A stretch of DNA of 62,336 bases, filler included, from Basidiobolus ranarum (Eukaryota): the NCBI GenBank assembly GCA_040143965.1. It is 10 parts of 10 records of this genome, joined end to end, with 100 filler letters (N's around TTAATTAATTAA, not from the genome) between each part and the next. Parts side by side here need not be neighbours in the genome. Positions count along the whole stretch, not along the records: positions 31,258 to 37,399 come from JASJQH010008274.1; positions 37,500 to 43,638 come from JASJQH010008275.1; positions 43,739 to 49,875 come from JASJQH010008276.1; 7 more parts are not named here. One strand, given 5' to 3'. Below are positions 34,649-47,132 of the stretch, piece by piece. Position numbers and translations under genes: made by a program. Within the stretch, counting starts at the first letter, position 1; every line of letters begins with the position of its first letter. The notes beneath the pieces were generated by a model, which saw nothing but the letters and a program-made list of their open reading frames with translations, made no database searches and was not told the origin of the DNA.

Positions 34649-37399
34649 GATAAACAGATTGACACAACCTCTAAGGATCCATACTGTTGAAGTAGTAAAG
34701 AAATTTGTGCCCATGGTACTGTTATTTCTGTATGATAGTAACATAGCATTACTCGGACCAAATATCACAGAACATCAATAACCAGTAAGAGGAAACTTGA
34801 ATCAGAAAATATCTCGGCTAACCCCGCCAGAATCCCATTTTTAGGCAACACTACTTACAACACCAATTAATCCCGAGGTGTCTACTACCTAATAAAATTT
34901 CACAAAGACCAGGCTCACTAATGGTTGTGCTTCCCTTATGTGCTTCTTCTATGGTTAATTTTTGGATATTCAATCTCTTAGAATATTCTGATGTGGAGTC
35001 GTAGGTACGCGGAACAGCCAATATTCTAGAATTAGTTTTTCTAGAATATCTGACTCAGCAATCTTAATCTTTGTATGGGTAAGCTCTAGTAATGGGGTCT
35101 AGTAATGGGGTCTAGTAATGCGTTCTGATGTATTTGAGTAATGCATTTGGATGTTTTATAACTGGCTAAATAGAAAGGGTTAAATTTAGTGAAGGGGAAG
35201 TAATATATCTATCTGATTCTAACATAGGTTTGTCTATTTAGATAAGATAATTTGTAATGCGTGACTTATTATAGGTATGGCTTAATATTTTCATTGACAC
35301 TTTTAGGCATTGCTGGAGTCAAGACCTAACAGTTGTGTATATCCATCATAGATCAGGTCAAGTCATCTATCTTAGAATAAATCTAGTATATATTTAGTAT
35401 CCACTTACGCTTCTCTTAATTTTTATATCTAATGGATCCAGCATTTAATTTCGGTTGATGATCGGACTAAAATTGGATTAGGATTTTAATCAATTAAACT
35501 TAAACAGAGATTTTGCTTATACTTAATCAAGTATGAACAAAATAGGTGATATCATAATCAAGATTCAAGGCTCTGATCCCGATATTCATTTTTCTGTTGA
35601 TTATGCAAACGCATTAAGCATAGATTCAACTATATATTTAATATATACTGAATACCGCACTTCACAGTATTAAATACGCAAAACATAGTCCCTATTGACA
35701 TACAAACCTGAAATCTCTGAAGTTAGCGCTGGTTATTCCAAGAAGAAAAGTATGAAAATAGTTGGTAGTCGAACTTTATCATGGCAGCTACTGATGACCA
35801 TTCACTCAGATTTGCAAACCTCTGACTGCTCCAGTGCGCTTGGTTTTCGTTGCTCTGTTGCCAGTCTCACGCGTTCCCCAAGTCTTTAATAACCTTAACA
35901 CCATGTATCAATGTCAACACTAGGCTTCAGAGGACAACATCATCGACATGAATCGAATCCATCAAGCCTCCACCCAACTAGTCCCTCAGAAACTTGGGTT
36001 ACAGGTAGATGCCACTCTACCCGACTATATGATTCCTTGATAAGTGCTGTATAAAGGTAGCAATTTTCAAATATGATAAACTTGTGATTTATCAAGTTTT
36101 AATTTAGAACCTGTGCTATTAGTTATATACACCAAATCCATAACGAACATGATCTCATGTAATCAAACTAACAACTGCTTATGCATACAAAACTTAATGC
36201 ATTTCAACACAAAATTAGCGTAGTTTGCACATTCTGACAGCTTGTAATTCTCTTAATATGAAAAAAGTTCCAAATCAATTGAGGTATAGATTACAATATT
36301 TTATTAAAATATGGCACAACTTAGTTTAAAATTGCTGCTTAACTGTGAACGATTATTCTCTAACTGGACCTGGATTATACAACTTCACCTTGTTGAGGTG
36401 CAACTCTCCACCATAACCCCACCAAAAAGATCAGGCTGGGTTGATACTTAGCATCAAAATTTCTTTGCTTGTTGAAACTCACATCATTCATATTTTCATG
36501 GTTTCTGGTATCAGAAACAAAAATTGGCTATTGCTCATTGTTTTGATTGGAGAATGGATGCTTTAGCAAGTAAAATATAAGGCAGAAGACTAATTTAAAG
36601 TTAATACTAAAATGACTCGTGCTACGTTTATTCAAGTATATTACTTGAATTATGCACACAGGAATGGCACAACTTCACGTAGAGACTATCTTCATTGTCA
36701 TTTTGAAGCACGTTAATAGATATATATGTACGGTGGATTTAATTGATGTTTGATATTATGGGATTGCATCGTACAAATACGCTTATGTGAGAGATCTGAC
36801 AGTAGATCAAGCTTTGTAGTTGTAAATAAAAGAAATATTTGATTATAATTATTCATTGAAGCTTTATTGAATGCTCGGTTACATTATCTGATTGGTGTCC
36901 TGTGTTATCGCACTTGGATTAGACAAGTGTCATTTTAGTACATATATGAGACAAATAGGAGAAGACTAGCACTTATCTTGTAAGACTATTATTTTTAAAA
37001 ATACAACTGCTTTTTCTGTCTAATCGTTGTTTAGATGAAGTTAACACTGTTGTTAACCATTATATGGTTTATTATTTTAATGAGTGATATTAATGAATAT
37101 ATACTAACTACATATTTTATTGCTAATTGTATCTTTAGTTGCATCTGCCACACCTTGAGCCGGATGATTTGGGCTCTTCTGGCAAAGAAGGCTGTTCTTG
37201 TTCAATAGGATGCAAAGGCTAATATAATGTTTGATCTGTTGTCTGTGCTTGATCAAACTGATTTGAATCGGACAGAGCATGGCCTGCTTGTGCTGATTTC
37301 CCTTGGACCTGATCAGGTAACGCTTGTTGAGGTAAAGACTGAGCAAGAGTATTCACTAGCGGTGAAGGTAGATTGAAGGGTAAAGCATTCGATGAACCT

Positions 37400-37499
37400 N
37401 NNNNNNNNNNNNNNNNNNNNNNNNNNNNNNNNNNNNNNNNNNNTTAATTAATTAANNNNNNNNNNNNNNNNNNNNNNNNNNNNNNNNNNNNNNNNNNNN
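37400..37499. other. Artificial contig linker
   Basis: N run with central TTAATTAATTAA. Confidence 0.99.
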
Positions 37500-37612
37500 T
37501 ATTGAAGGGCAAGCCTGCGCTTGCACTCCTCCGGCGGCGAAGCACAGCACAGGCCGAAGGGCCCACCTTCGGAAGCCTCTATGCCCCCCTGACCGAACCC
37601 TGATCACCCCTA
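37500..37612. mobile_element. GC-rich transposon terminus with hAT-like end (TAGGGGTGATCA on minus strand)
   Basis: CpG-rich block at the contig start ending ...TGATCACCCCTA; hairpins CCGAAGG-GCCCA-CCTTCGG and GCAAGC-CTGC-GCTTGC; abrupt switch to CpG-poor DNA afterwards. Confidence 0.45.
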
Positions 37613-39018
37613 GAAATCAGTGGGTAAACAAGTGCCAAGTGGTAGTTTCTGTTCAAGAGGAATAATTTCTCCTCAAATTACATCTTTTGATCCAGATTAT
37701 AGAAGCAAAATAACTCAGAAATTGTCTGTAGAACACATAACTGTATGCAAGCACTCTTGAGCCTATAGGCTAGCCCTAATTATATCAGAGAATGGTTGAG
37801 ATCCTGGCAGATCATCCAGAAGGAGAAATCAGCTGGGGATCTGGTGGAATGCTTCCAATTACCATTATTGTACATTTGCAGGATCTGTGATTAGTTGCAC
37901 ACTTTAAATCAAGCAGACCAGTAACTTCAATCAATCTTTAGAAAAAGTGATGTTAGATAAGTTGGCTTCACCCAGGTCCACAAAATGCTTATTTTGAGTC
38001 TTCAACCTGCAGGAAGAGAGTCAATAGGTTGCCTATTTCTCCACATTGTGAGAAAAATAGTCTATTGTGATATAGATAGACACAAAGCAAGATCAGCTGC
38101 TAAATGTTATTCCAGAGACTAGGAGTCAACTTTCATGAAATTTTTGTTTCATTTGAGTATTCTTAGTACCCTCCGCCAACCATGTCCTTGATTTTAATTG
38201 TATGGTTGAAGAAGCAGCCATCATGAGTGAGAATTCCAAAGAAGACATCTACGTGGAGCCACCCCATGGATGTGTTGATGAAAAGTTCTGGTATGGTCTG
38301 TAAGCTCTGAATATTACTCTGTGGACTTAGTCAAGATGTAAATAATACTCACCTTCTGATTATTAATCTAAATTCTTTGAGAGGATCTAGCTTCATCATA
38401 AAGGGGCAGCGCAGTAATGAGTGAAGACATTGCAGGGTGGAACATTAATCAGCTGATATATGTTGTGATGGCTTAATCTATATTAACATGGGACATAATG
38501 GAAGGGTAGAGATATGATTATATGACCTTACATGGACTGTGATAATAAGATTATCATGTGACCTACTGTGACTAACTGCTACAGTATTATAGGACTGCTT
38601 ATTAATACTGATTGGCTTACTCATGATACTGATATTACTGATCTAGAGATATTACTAACATACTGATAATATTGAATGAAATCAATAGACTAAAGACTTC
38701 TTCCATTGGACCAGGTCAAATTGAACTGCTTGACCCAGCCTGCTTTCACATCATCTGGTGCAATCTGTCAAGTACCATGGCTAGGTCCTGTAATATTTGA
38801 TTGGACCCAATGAGGAACAGTATGGCACTATCCCATCAAAATGGGACATAATGATTTTTTTGGAGATATTGTGCCAGCCCATACCAAGTTACCCCACTTA
38901 GTATTGCCAAATTAATATTTTGGGTAATGGACAAAGCAAGTTCATGCACTTGTTTGTAACTTACCAAGTACTGAATATATAACAATTAACAATTTATACT
39001 GTAACTTACCCTATTAAA

Positions 39019-42000
39019 TGTTTAACTTAGACATTCACATGTTTATAGGCCAATCATATGTCTCTCACTCACAGAATATCCTGATCTTCAATTGGTCCTA
39101 ATGGGTTATTGGACATATTTAGATGATAACAAACATGCCTGTACAGATTGGGTGAAGAATTGAGGTGATTTGGTGAAGTTATGAGAAAATAGAGTAAATT
39201 AGTAAAAGTGATCTAATCAGTATTGCTATAAATTAGGGCAATAAACACACATTTTTGAATGTCAGAAGTGAGTGCTAATTGATCAGAATATGAATAAGCT
39301 AACTACTTTGCAATACATTGTTATTTATCTAATATCAACATTCCCACACAACTAATTATTCTGTATTTCTCTTAGACCTAACTTGTATCCAATAACTCAA
39401 ATTCTGTTTTCCAAAGGATTGGTTAAATCATTTGTTTTGAAGTGTAGTTAACAAGTTTAATCATGCCATTCTCAATTGCTTCTCTTAAAAATGATGCCTA
39501 ATATCTCTGTGTTTTGTTCTGGCATGAGATGTAGTGCTTTTAGCCAATGAAATGCAACTTACACTATCTTCAAATATAGTACAAGCATGTTTTTGCATAT
39601 ATCCTAAGTGTGTATGTAACCTAGTGGACCACAAAGCTTCTTGTGTGGTAGCAGCTGTAGCCATATACTCTGCTTCTCTAGGGGACAGTTTTATCTTAGG
39701 TTACTTCTTAGTTTTCTGAGTTATAGTTCCAATACCATGGGCAAAAGTTTACCCAGTAGGTGATCCTCCATCCTCAAGGTTTCTTCTCCAGTCTGCATCA
39801 CTGCAGTCTTCAAAAGTTTATGCATCAGGAGTGCCAGAGTATTCCAGAACTAGAGCAACAGTTCCTCTCACATACCTGAATATTCATTGTACTGCAGTTT
39901 TGTGCTCAGATGAAGGATTGTTGAGATATTGGCTAACAGTTCCCACTACTATAATAATGTCTGGCCATGTTCCAGCCATTGTATACATTACACAACCTAA
40001 CATGGATTGATAGGGAAACCCCTGGCTTTCAATTGATTCATTTTGGGCTAAAGCAGCTGAAATATTGATCATTTTCACACTTGGTTCCATTGATCCTCAT
40101 ACAGGCTTGCTATTCTCCATGTTTAGGCATTTCAAGTTGTCTAGTGTATATCCAGACTGATTCAGCATGATTTTCCAATTGGGTTTATCTCTCCTGATTC
40201 AATTTTTGACAAAATAACTTAATTCACCTGTATTAGTAATCCAAAATTGGTTTGATAAGCTTTATGCATCCAATTAAGTGCTTCTTGATCATTTGTGGCT
40301 ATAATCAAATCATCCACATATAGTTACAAGATCAGGATCATAATGCCAGTTATGTTGATGTAAATAATGTCAGCTGCTATGTATATTGGGAAATCCAGTG
40401 ATTTGTTGAAACTAAGTAAAAGTAACTTATTGTGTGGGAGCTAGTTTATTCATATTCTCATCATTTAGCACTCAATTCTGACATTCATAAACATATGTTT
40501 GTTGCTCTAATTGGTAGAAATATCACTTAGAACACTTCACCAATTTTCACTATATTCTGATAACTACTTGAGGGCACCACACATTCTCAACTATGCTTAA
40601 CAGGGATGCTTGTTATGATCTAAGCATGTCCAATAATTCTATTCCACAGTAACCTGTAATTAGGAATTATTCATTTCAATAAAACCTAAGTGTCTAATGG
40701 ACAAATCCAAATCTTGGCCAAAACACTTCCAAGTCTCCTAAACACTTTTATCAAGGTTCCAAATTGGTAGCTGTCTTGTTGTGACATGCCCTGGGTGCTT
40801 GTTTCAGTCTGTACAGCAATTTTTGCAGCTTACACACCATATTAGGGTGTTTTGTCAACAAATCCATCTGGTAGCTCCATATAGATCTCTTCTTCTAGAT
40901 TCCCATTCTGAAAGGCTGCTTTGACATCCATTTGATGTAAATCAAGGTTATGGTCAGTTGAGAGTGCCAGGATTTATTCAATGGAGCTGAATGTAACTAT
41001 TAGAGTAAAAGTGTCATTAAAATCAACTTCTTGAGTTTGGGAAGAACCTTTTGCAACTGACTTTGTTTGCATCTCTCAATGATTCCATCAGCTTGGTTTT
41101 AACTTAGTAGATGCATATGCAACCTATAGGCTTTCTCCCTGATGATAGAGGACTTAAAACCCACCCTCCAAAGTAAACTTATCAAACATTGGTTTTTCTC
41201 ATGTCCTTAATTCTGGACACTCCAGTGCTTTATCTAGATTCTATGGCTCATCTCAGAATGCTGCATAAGCATATACATCATTAATGAATTGCTCTACTAG
41301 TTCCTTGGCTTATTTCTCCTTTTGAATGATCTGCTAGGTCCATAATCATTCTCTGACATAATTGGGGCTGAAATCTTGTTTCAATTGGGCTCCATTATGG
41401 CTGGACTTCCATCAGACACTTCCTGAAGCCTGCAGCAGAGACAGTTTCAGCCCAAAATTGGTAACTTAACTTTTGATCAGGTAACATTGATCTTGCCATC
41501 CCAATTATGGTTCTATTAGCATGTGCTACAACTCCATTTTGCTGTGGAGTGTATGGTAGAGTAGTTTGTTGCTTAATTCCATGTTACAAACAGAAACAAG
41601 CAAAGTCTTTGGAGCAGTAGTTTCCACCAGTGTTAGCCATTTGCATTCCTTACTAACCTTGTGCTGCTTTTTTTCTCTACCATTGTTTAGTAGCTCTTGA
41701 CTGTATCTAGAGCTTGAGAATTATATTTGAGAAAGAATACACAAATGCCTCTTGATTAGTCAACAATAAATGTCTCTAAGTACCTTTTGCCACCCAGTGA
41801 GATGTTTTTCACAGGGCCACATGAGTCAGAACAAATCAGGACAAAATTTGGAGTTGATTGGACTGCTCCAGAGCTTAATAGAGGCTGTCTGTAATGCTTT
41901 CGATATATGCAACCTCGACTAAGATCTAATTTAGCACTATTCTCAATTTCTGAACCAGAAACAAGCTGATTTAGGATCATTTGGGTCAGTTTTTGTTCCT

Positions 42001-42430
42001 GAATGTTGCCTAAATTTCTATGCCTGGTTTAATTGCTTGTTTCACTGGTTTGGTCAAATTTGCATGCTCAGCACTCAATTTAGTAAGATCTGGCCGGTAT
42101 AAGTTTGACTTTTGATTCCAGTAGCTAATTTGGTATTATTCTGGCCTGAGATAGTGCATCCAGCCAGGCCAAACAAAAAATTTATTCCTTGAGATATTGC
42201 TTCATGTGGTGTGAGTACATTCTTGGCTATGCTTGGTAAATAGGGTGTGTCATACAGTTTGGCAGATGGTGCAGCTGAATTTTGGTCTTTGAGCATATTT
42301 GCTTCACAAACTGATTCAAACATGAAGTCATCACCTAAGTAGACTTTCCTTGATTGGATGGGTTTTCAGCTGGAAAACCAATCTTTCTTATTTGACATGT
42401 GTTATGAAGCTCCTGCAACAATGTAGCATG
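39019..42430 (-). mobile_element. Decayed Ty1/Copia element: 3' LTR 39019-39340, RNase H, RT, integrase, GAG-pre-integrase, protease remnants
   Basis: PPT GTGTGGGAA followed by TGTTGA LTR start; PYQSMLGCVMY; LICSDSCGPVKNISLGGKRY; YLPSIAKNVL. Confidence 0.85.
40432..40700 (+). mobile_element. Opposite-orientation Copia LTR-like copy inserted within the RT region
   Basis: tgtgtgggag PPT, then ttattcatattctcatcatttagcactc, the reverse complement of conserved LTR blocks at 39270-39300 and 42725-42755. Confidence 0.65.
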
Positions 42431-42497
42431 TTTTTGAGTGTTTGCTATGATAAAAGTGCTTAGTCAAATAGGAAGTGTTGTGGACAAGTTTTTGATT

Positions 42498-43638
42498 TGT
42501 AAGTTAGACACTGAAGTTTCGTTGAATGGAATAGGTCCTGTTTGTAGTTTACTATGAAATAGGACTATTGGATGTGCTTACATTATGACAAACATGCCAG
42601 TGAAGCATGGATGAGAAATTGAGATAATTTAGAGAAGATTTGCAAAATTAGTGAAAATTGATAAAATGCACTAATTGATAGAAATATCAATTAGAGCAAT
42701 GAACACACATTTTTCAATGACAAAATTGTGTGCTAAATGATCAGAATATGAATCAACCAAGTACTAACTAATGAGTTGCTCTCTACCTGGTTTCAACATT
42801 CCCACTCAACAAATTATTTTGTATTTCTCTTAAACCCAACTAATATCTTAATATTTTAAGTTGTGCCTTTGCAAAAGGTTTGGTTAAGATGTCTGCAATC
42901 ATTCCTTTAATTGGGCAAAAGACATGTTCAACTATATCATTCTCTATTGCTTCTTTGAGAAAATGATGCCTAATATATATATGTTCTGTTCAAGCATGAA
43001 ATATAGAGTTTTTAGCTGATGAAATACAACTTTGATTATCTTCAAATACAGTAATAGGCTATTTTTGCATATATACTAGGTCTGTAAATAACTTCCTTCA
43101 CCACATAGCTTCTTGTGTAGCAGCAGAGGCAGCTATAAACTCTTGTTCTGTAGTAAAATTGCTATCAAAGGTTGCTTCTTACTTTTCCAAGCTAGGGTTC
43201 CATTGTCAGAGAAAAAAGTGTACCCAGTTGTTGTTCTTCAATCATCAAGCTCTCTTGGCCAGCCTGCATTGAAGTGAGCTTCAAAACTTTATGCATCTGG
43301 AGTGGCAGAGTATTCCAGAACTAGATCTTCAGTTCCTCTCAAATCCCTGAATATTTGTGTTACTGTGGTTTTGTGCTCAGATCCAGGATTTTGGAGATAT
43401 TGCCTTCCAGTTCCCATTGCCACAGTAATCTCAGGATGGGTTCCAAGCATTATATACATTAAACTCTCCACCATGAATTGATAAGGGAACTCCTGGCTTT
43501 GATTGAGTCATTTTGGGCCAAATTGGATGAAATGATGATTACATTCAAATTGGGATCCATTTGTGTTGATGCAGGCTTGCTACTCTCCATGTTAAATCAT
43601 TTAAGAATATCTTGGATGTATATAGACATATTCATCAT
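42498..43638 (-). mobile_element. Second related Copia element (3' LTR 42498-42798 plus RNase H/RT), nested
   Basis: PPT GAGTGGGAA followed by TGTTGAAA; LTR similar to 39019-39340; MVESLMYIMLGTHPEI; RNase H ADILTKP. Confidence 0.85.
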
Positions 43639-43738
43639 NNNNNNNNNNNNNNNNNNNNNNNNNNNNNNNNNNNNNNNNNNNNTTAATTAATTAANNNNNN
43701 NNNNNNNNNNNNNNNNNNNNNNNNNNNNNNNNNNNNNN
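43639..43738. other. Artificial contig linker
   Basis: N run with central TTAATTAATTAA. Confidence 0.99.
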
Positions 43739-46006
43739 TCCTAAAGCTTCCAAATCGGAAATCTTGTTTTGCCGGATGTCTAATTCTTTCAGATTCACCA
43801 ATGACCTGACAGCCTGTGGAAGCGAGCCGGATATAGTATTCGAGGCGAGGCAAAGATGTTCCAAGTGTACTAACTTTCCGATTCCATCAGGGATAGAAGG
43901 GATCTTGTTGATTGACAGATCTAGAAACGATAAACTTATTAGACTGCAGATAGCTAACGGAAACTCAGTAAACTTGTTGTTCGACAAATTGAGACAAGCT
44001 AGTGTGGTAAGGTCAACGAATTCCCGGGGAATCGTATTGATACGGTTGTTACAGAAATTTAAATCCGTCAATTCTCTGGCGTAATGCAACTGAGCAGACT
44101 CAATCTCTTTAAGACGATTATTTGACAAGTCAAGGCGAAGCAATTTTGGTGTATGTCGAACACTACTTGGAACGTATTTATAACCGTTTCCACTCAAGTT
44201 GATTTCCCGCAAGTTGGAACAAAGTTGAACAAAATCTAAGGGTAAGTCCAACATGAGGTTTTTGGAAATATCTAGCGTTTGGATTGTGGTAGTGTGTCGA
44301 TATAGTAAAATTGGGATGGTTTGAAGGTTTCTTGCTTGCAGGTCAACATGTCGAAAGCTCCCGAGTTCACTCTCCTTTTCCTACAATCAGAAGGCGATTT
44401 TATGAATTGATGTCAAATGATTTTGAAAGATATTTGCATGTCCATACCAAGTTGATGGATTGAATACCAGCCAAACCAAAGGTGAATCGGCAAAGATATG
44501 TATTATCTTCACGCCCTTGGTCCTTCAATTGGTCTTCAGATGTGTATCCAATTTGCTCAAGCAAACGCTTAAAGTGATAAATAGGTCGCTCCTGCGGACC
44601 AAGAATTCTAACTAGAGAATTGACAGCAATTACTACCAAGCCAAGATGAGATTATTAACGACAGGCGACAGAATATTACCTAATCCATTCCTCTTCATAT
44701 ATAGGTTGTACTTGGAGGCATCTGACAAAAAGAATTTCCTGGCAAGTATACTACAAAGCTCGGCAGTGGTTATTTGTACCGGAACTGTTACCGTTCCAAA
44801 AGTGCTATCTTCTCGAAACACACGTATACAAAGCTACAATTCAGTTAACAAGAATGAAGCTTGGTTACTTTAAAATCCAAGAATAAGAAGTTACCTGTTC
44901 AGTCGACGGTGAGGGTTTCTCTTTTTGAACTACTTTCTCATGAGGATAACCACAATCCTCATCATCTGACGGCTCTGCTTGATCTGATGCTAGGGGTACT
45001 ACTGACCACGATTGTGGTGCTGTCCAGAGTACTCCTTGCTTTGAAAATTCTTGAGCAAGGGCTGCTTCTAAGTTATCTGACTCTGGAGGTTCGATAAAGG
45101 AGGCTGTATGGGATCCATTCTGCGATTGAGCTAAAGCTTCTGGGCTAATAATACCATTCATATCAACTGATAAAAGATTAGATATTGACCAGGTGAAAAG
45201 TTACATTACTGAGTTGACGAAACCAGTATTAGGTAAATACTTACGTTCAAAACCTCCACGAATCCCATCAAACTGTAATAGTGTACGTATAAATATTCAA
45301 GATATTCAGTAAAAGCAAAGCAGACAGCAAAAAAGGGGTATATACCGATGTCAAGTCATGTTGTGGGGTTCTCAAAAAATCTCTGGACCAACTTTTTTGA
45401 GTCGAGTATTCGGAAGAAGGGTCTCCTTGATGGAAGGATTTGTGAGAACTTTCGTCTCTCTTGCCAACAGCTAAAAAATAGAAAGAAAAACTAGGTTAAA
45501 GGGAATCTATCATGTTTTACTCTAAAAAGTAGAAAATCACCTTCAGTGTGCTCAGCAGCTTCTTTACTCTTCTTTCCTACAAAGGGAAAGAATTTCTTTT
45601 TTATCTTGCTCCTCTTGGAGGAAGAGGGGGAATCAGAAAAGTGGGATAGACTTGAGAGTGTGATACTTGAATTACGGAATTTGGATCTTTTTGAAGAACC
45701 TTCCAGAGGTGAAGAATAGATACTCGAACCTGGAGTACTAGGATTAGAGTGGTCATTTTGAATATCAGAGGGTTTAGGAAAGTCGGAGTTTCTCGTATCT
45801 GGTGAGTTACTATCGAGGGAGGAAGACCGGTGTGAACCAAAAAAGAAAGAAAACAAAGATTCATCTTTACTCTTTTTTACGCGTTTCTCGGATAGAGATA
45901 ATACAGAAGAAGTTGGCGAGGGAGGTCGATCATATGGATCTGTTCTGTGATAAGAGGGAGATGTTTCGTGATTCGACTTTGAACGGTTTATTGTCGAATT
46001 TGACAT
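43739..46006 (-). CDS. CYR1: Fungal adenylate cyclase, N-terminal half (G-alpha-binding region, Ras-association domain, LRRs), multi-exon, truncated
   Basis: WTAPQSWSV; IRVFREDSTFGTV...LARKFFL; RILGPQERP...LEQIGY...GREDNTYLCRFTF; HVDLQARNLQTIPILLY; LDLPLDFVQLC followed by LRRs. Confidence 0.9.
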
Positions 46007-47132
46007 GGTTTTCCCTTTGACACACTAGCTCAAGCTAAAGTGGGTTAGCTAATTATTGAAGTGAGTACTAGAACTCAAGATTGAAGAGGTAAAAATTCTG
46101 GGTTCCGAACGGATAATAAATAGTTAAATAAAAGAGCTGTCACCAATTATACGAAATCGCTATTCCATATTGAAAATGGAGAATACTAATTACTAGACAA
46201 AACCTAGCTGATCAACTGAAGCCAGTGCAGATCACTCATGCATGAACATCTCCAGAGCTGAATACCATCTCTAAACATTTCCGATTTAAGCTAATCTTTG
46301 GCTATAAGCGAAAAATTATCCACTTTTGCATAATAATGGAGCTATAAAGGTCACCTAGACTAGCTGGGCTTTGCCAGCGAAAAGCAGCGCGTAAGTGTTA
46401 CTCGCTTCTTTACCCCATTGATCAGTATTCGTTTTCAGGAAGAGCACTTATACTGAAAACGGATTAAGGCGCATATGTACCGGAAAGTGACTAATATAGG
46501 GAGACTATCGAAATAAGAAAAGCGACCATCCTGCTAGTAGGGAGCATCTAGTAGGAGAGACTCTGGGAGATTTTTTCAAAGTTGCGTCATCGATGCTCTC
46601 GGTGCCACAGGAGATAATCCCATTTTAGCTTCTCATCCAGTGATACAAGTTTATTCCTTTTATGGATAAATTTACTACCATTTATCAACCTTAGCGTTGA
46701 CTCCTGATTGGTGTAGGGAAGATAAGTATCATTTAGCAGATACTTCGCATCTGGCACATATCTAGCCCACATACTTTTTTGTGTTTGTTAGCAACAAACA
46801 AGCAGGCCATTTGATGTTTTAGCAAACTAGTCAAGTTATCGCTATAGTTAGGACATGTGCATATTCTCCAGCGATCCAGATGGAGTCGAGCTAACCTAAA
46901 CTGGATTATCGTTGGTTTATTGGTAGCCCAAACTTGATCACGATCTGGTTACATTGCAATCCCATGAATATTAGATGAGCCTTTATTATTTTACAAAGAA
47001 GGAAAATACATTATCAGGAGACAAGCGAGTATCGAGATGAGTATCGATAATTCCAACAAATACATATTGCAGTGCACATTGAAGAATGTATGGTATTTAG
47101 TGAGGTTTAATATGCGTGCAAAAGTAGATAGT

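Noticed and set aside
37219-37399. Possible C-terminus of a Gln/Pro-rich gene on the minus strand
   Set aside because: Only about 60 low-complexity codons at a contig edge; no family can be supported.
37500-37620. HDV-like or hammerhead ribozyme (TCCTCC...GGCGAA; CTGATCA...GAAA)
   Set aside because: The required P1/P3 pairings or the CUGANGA core could not be built.
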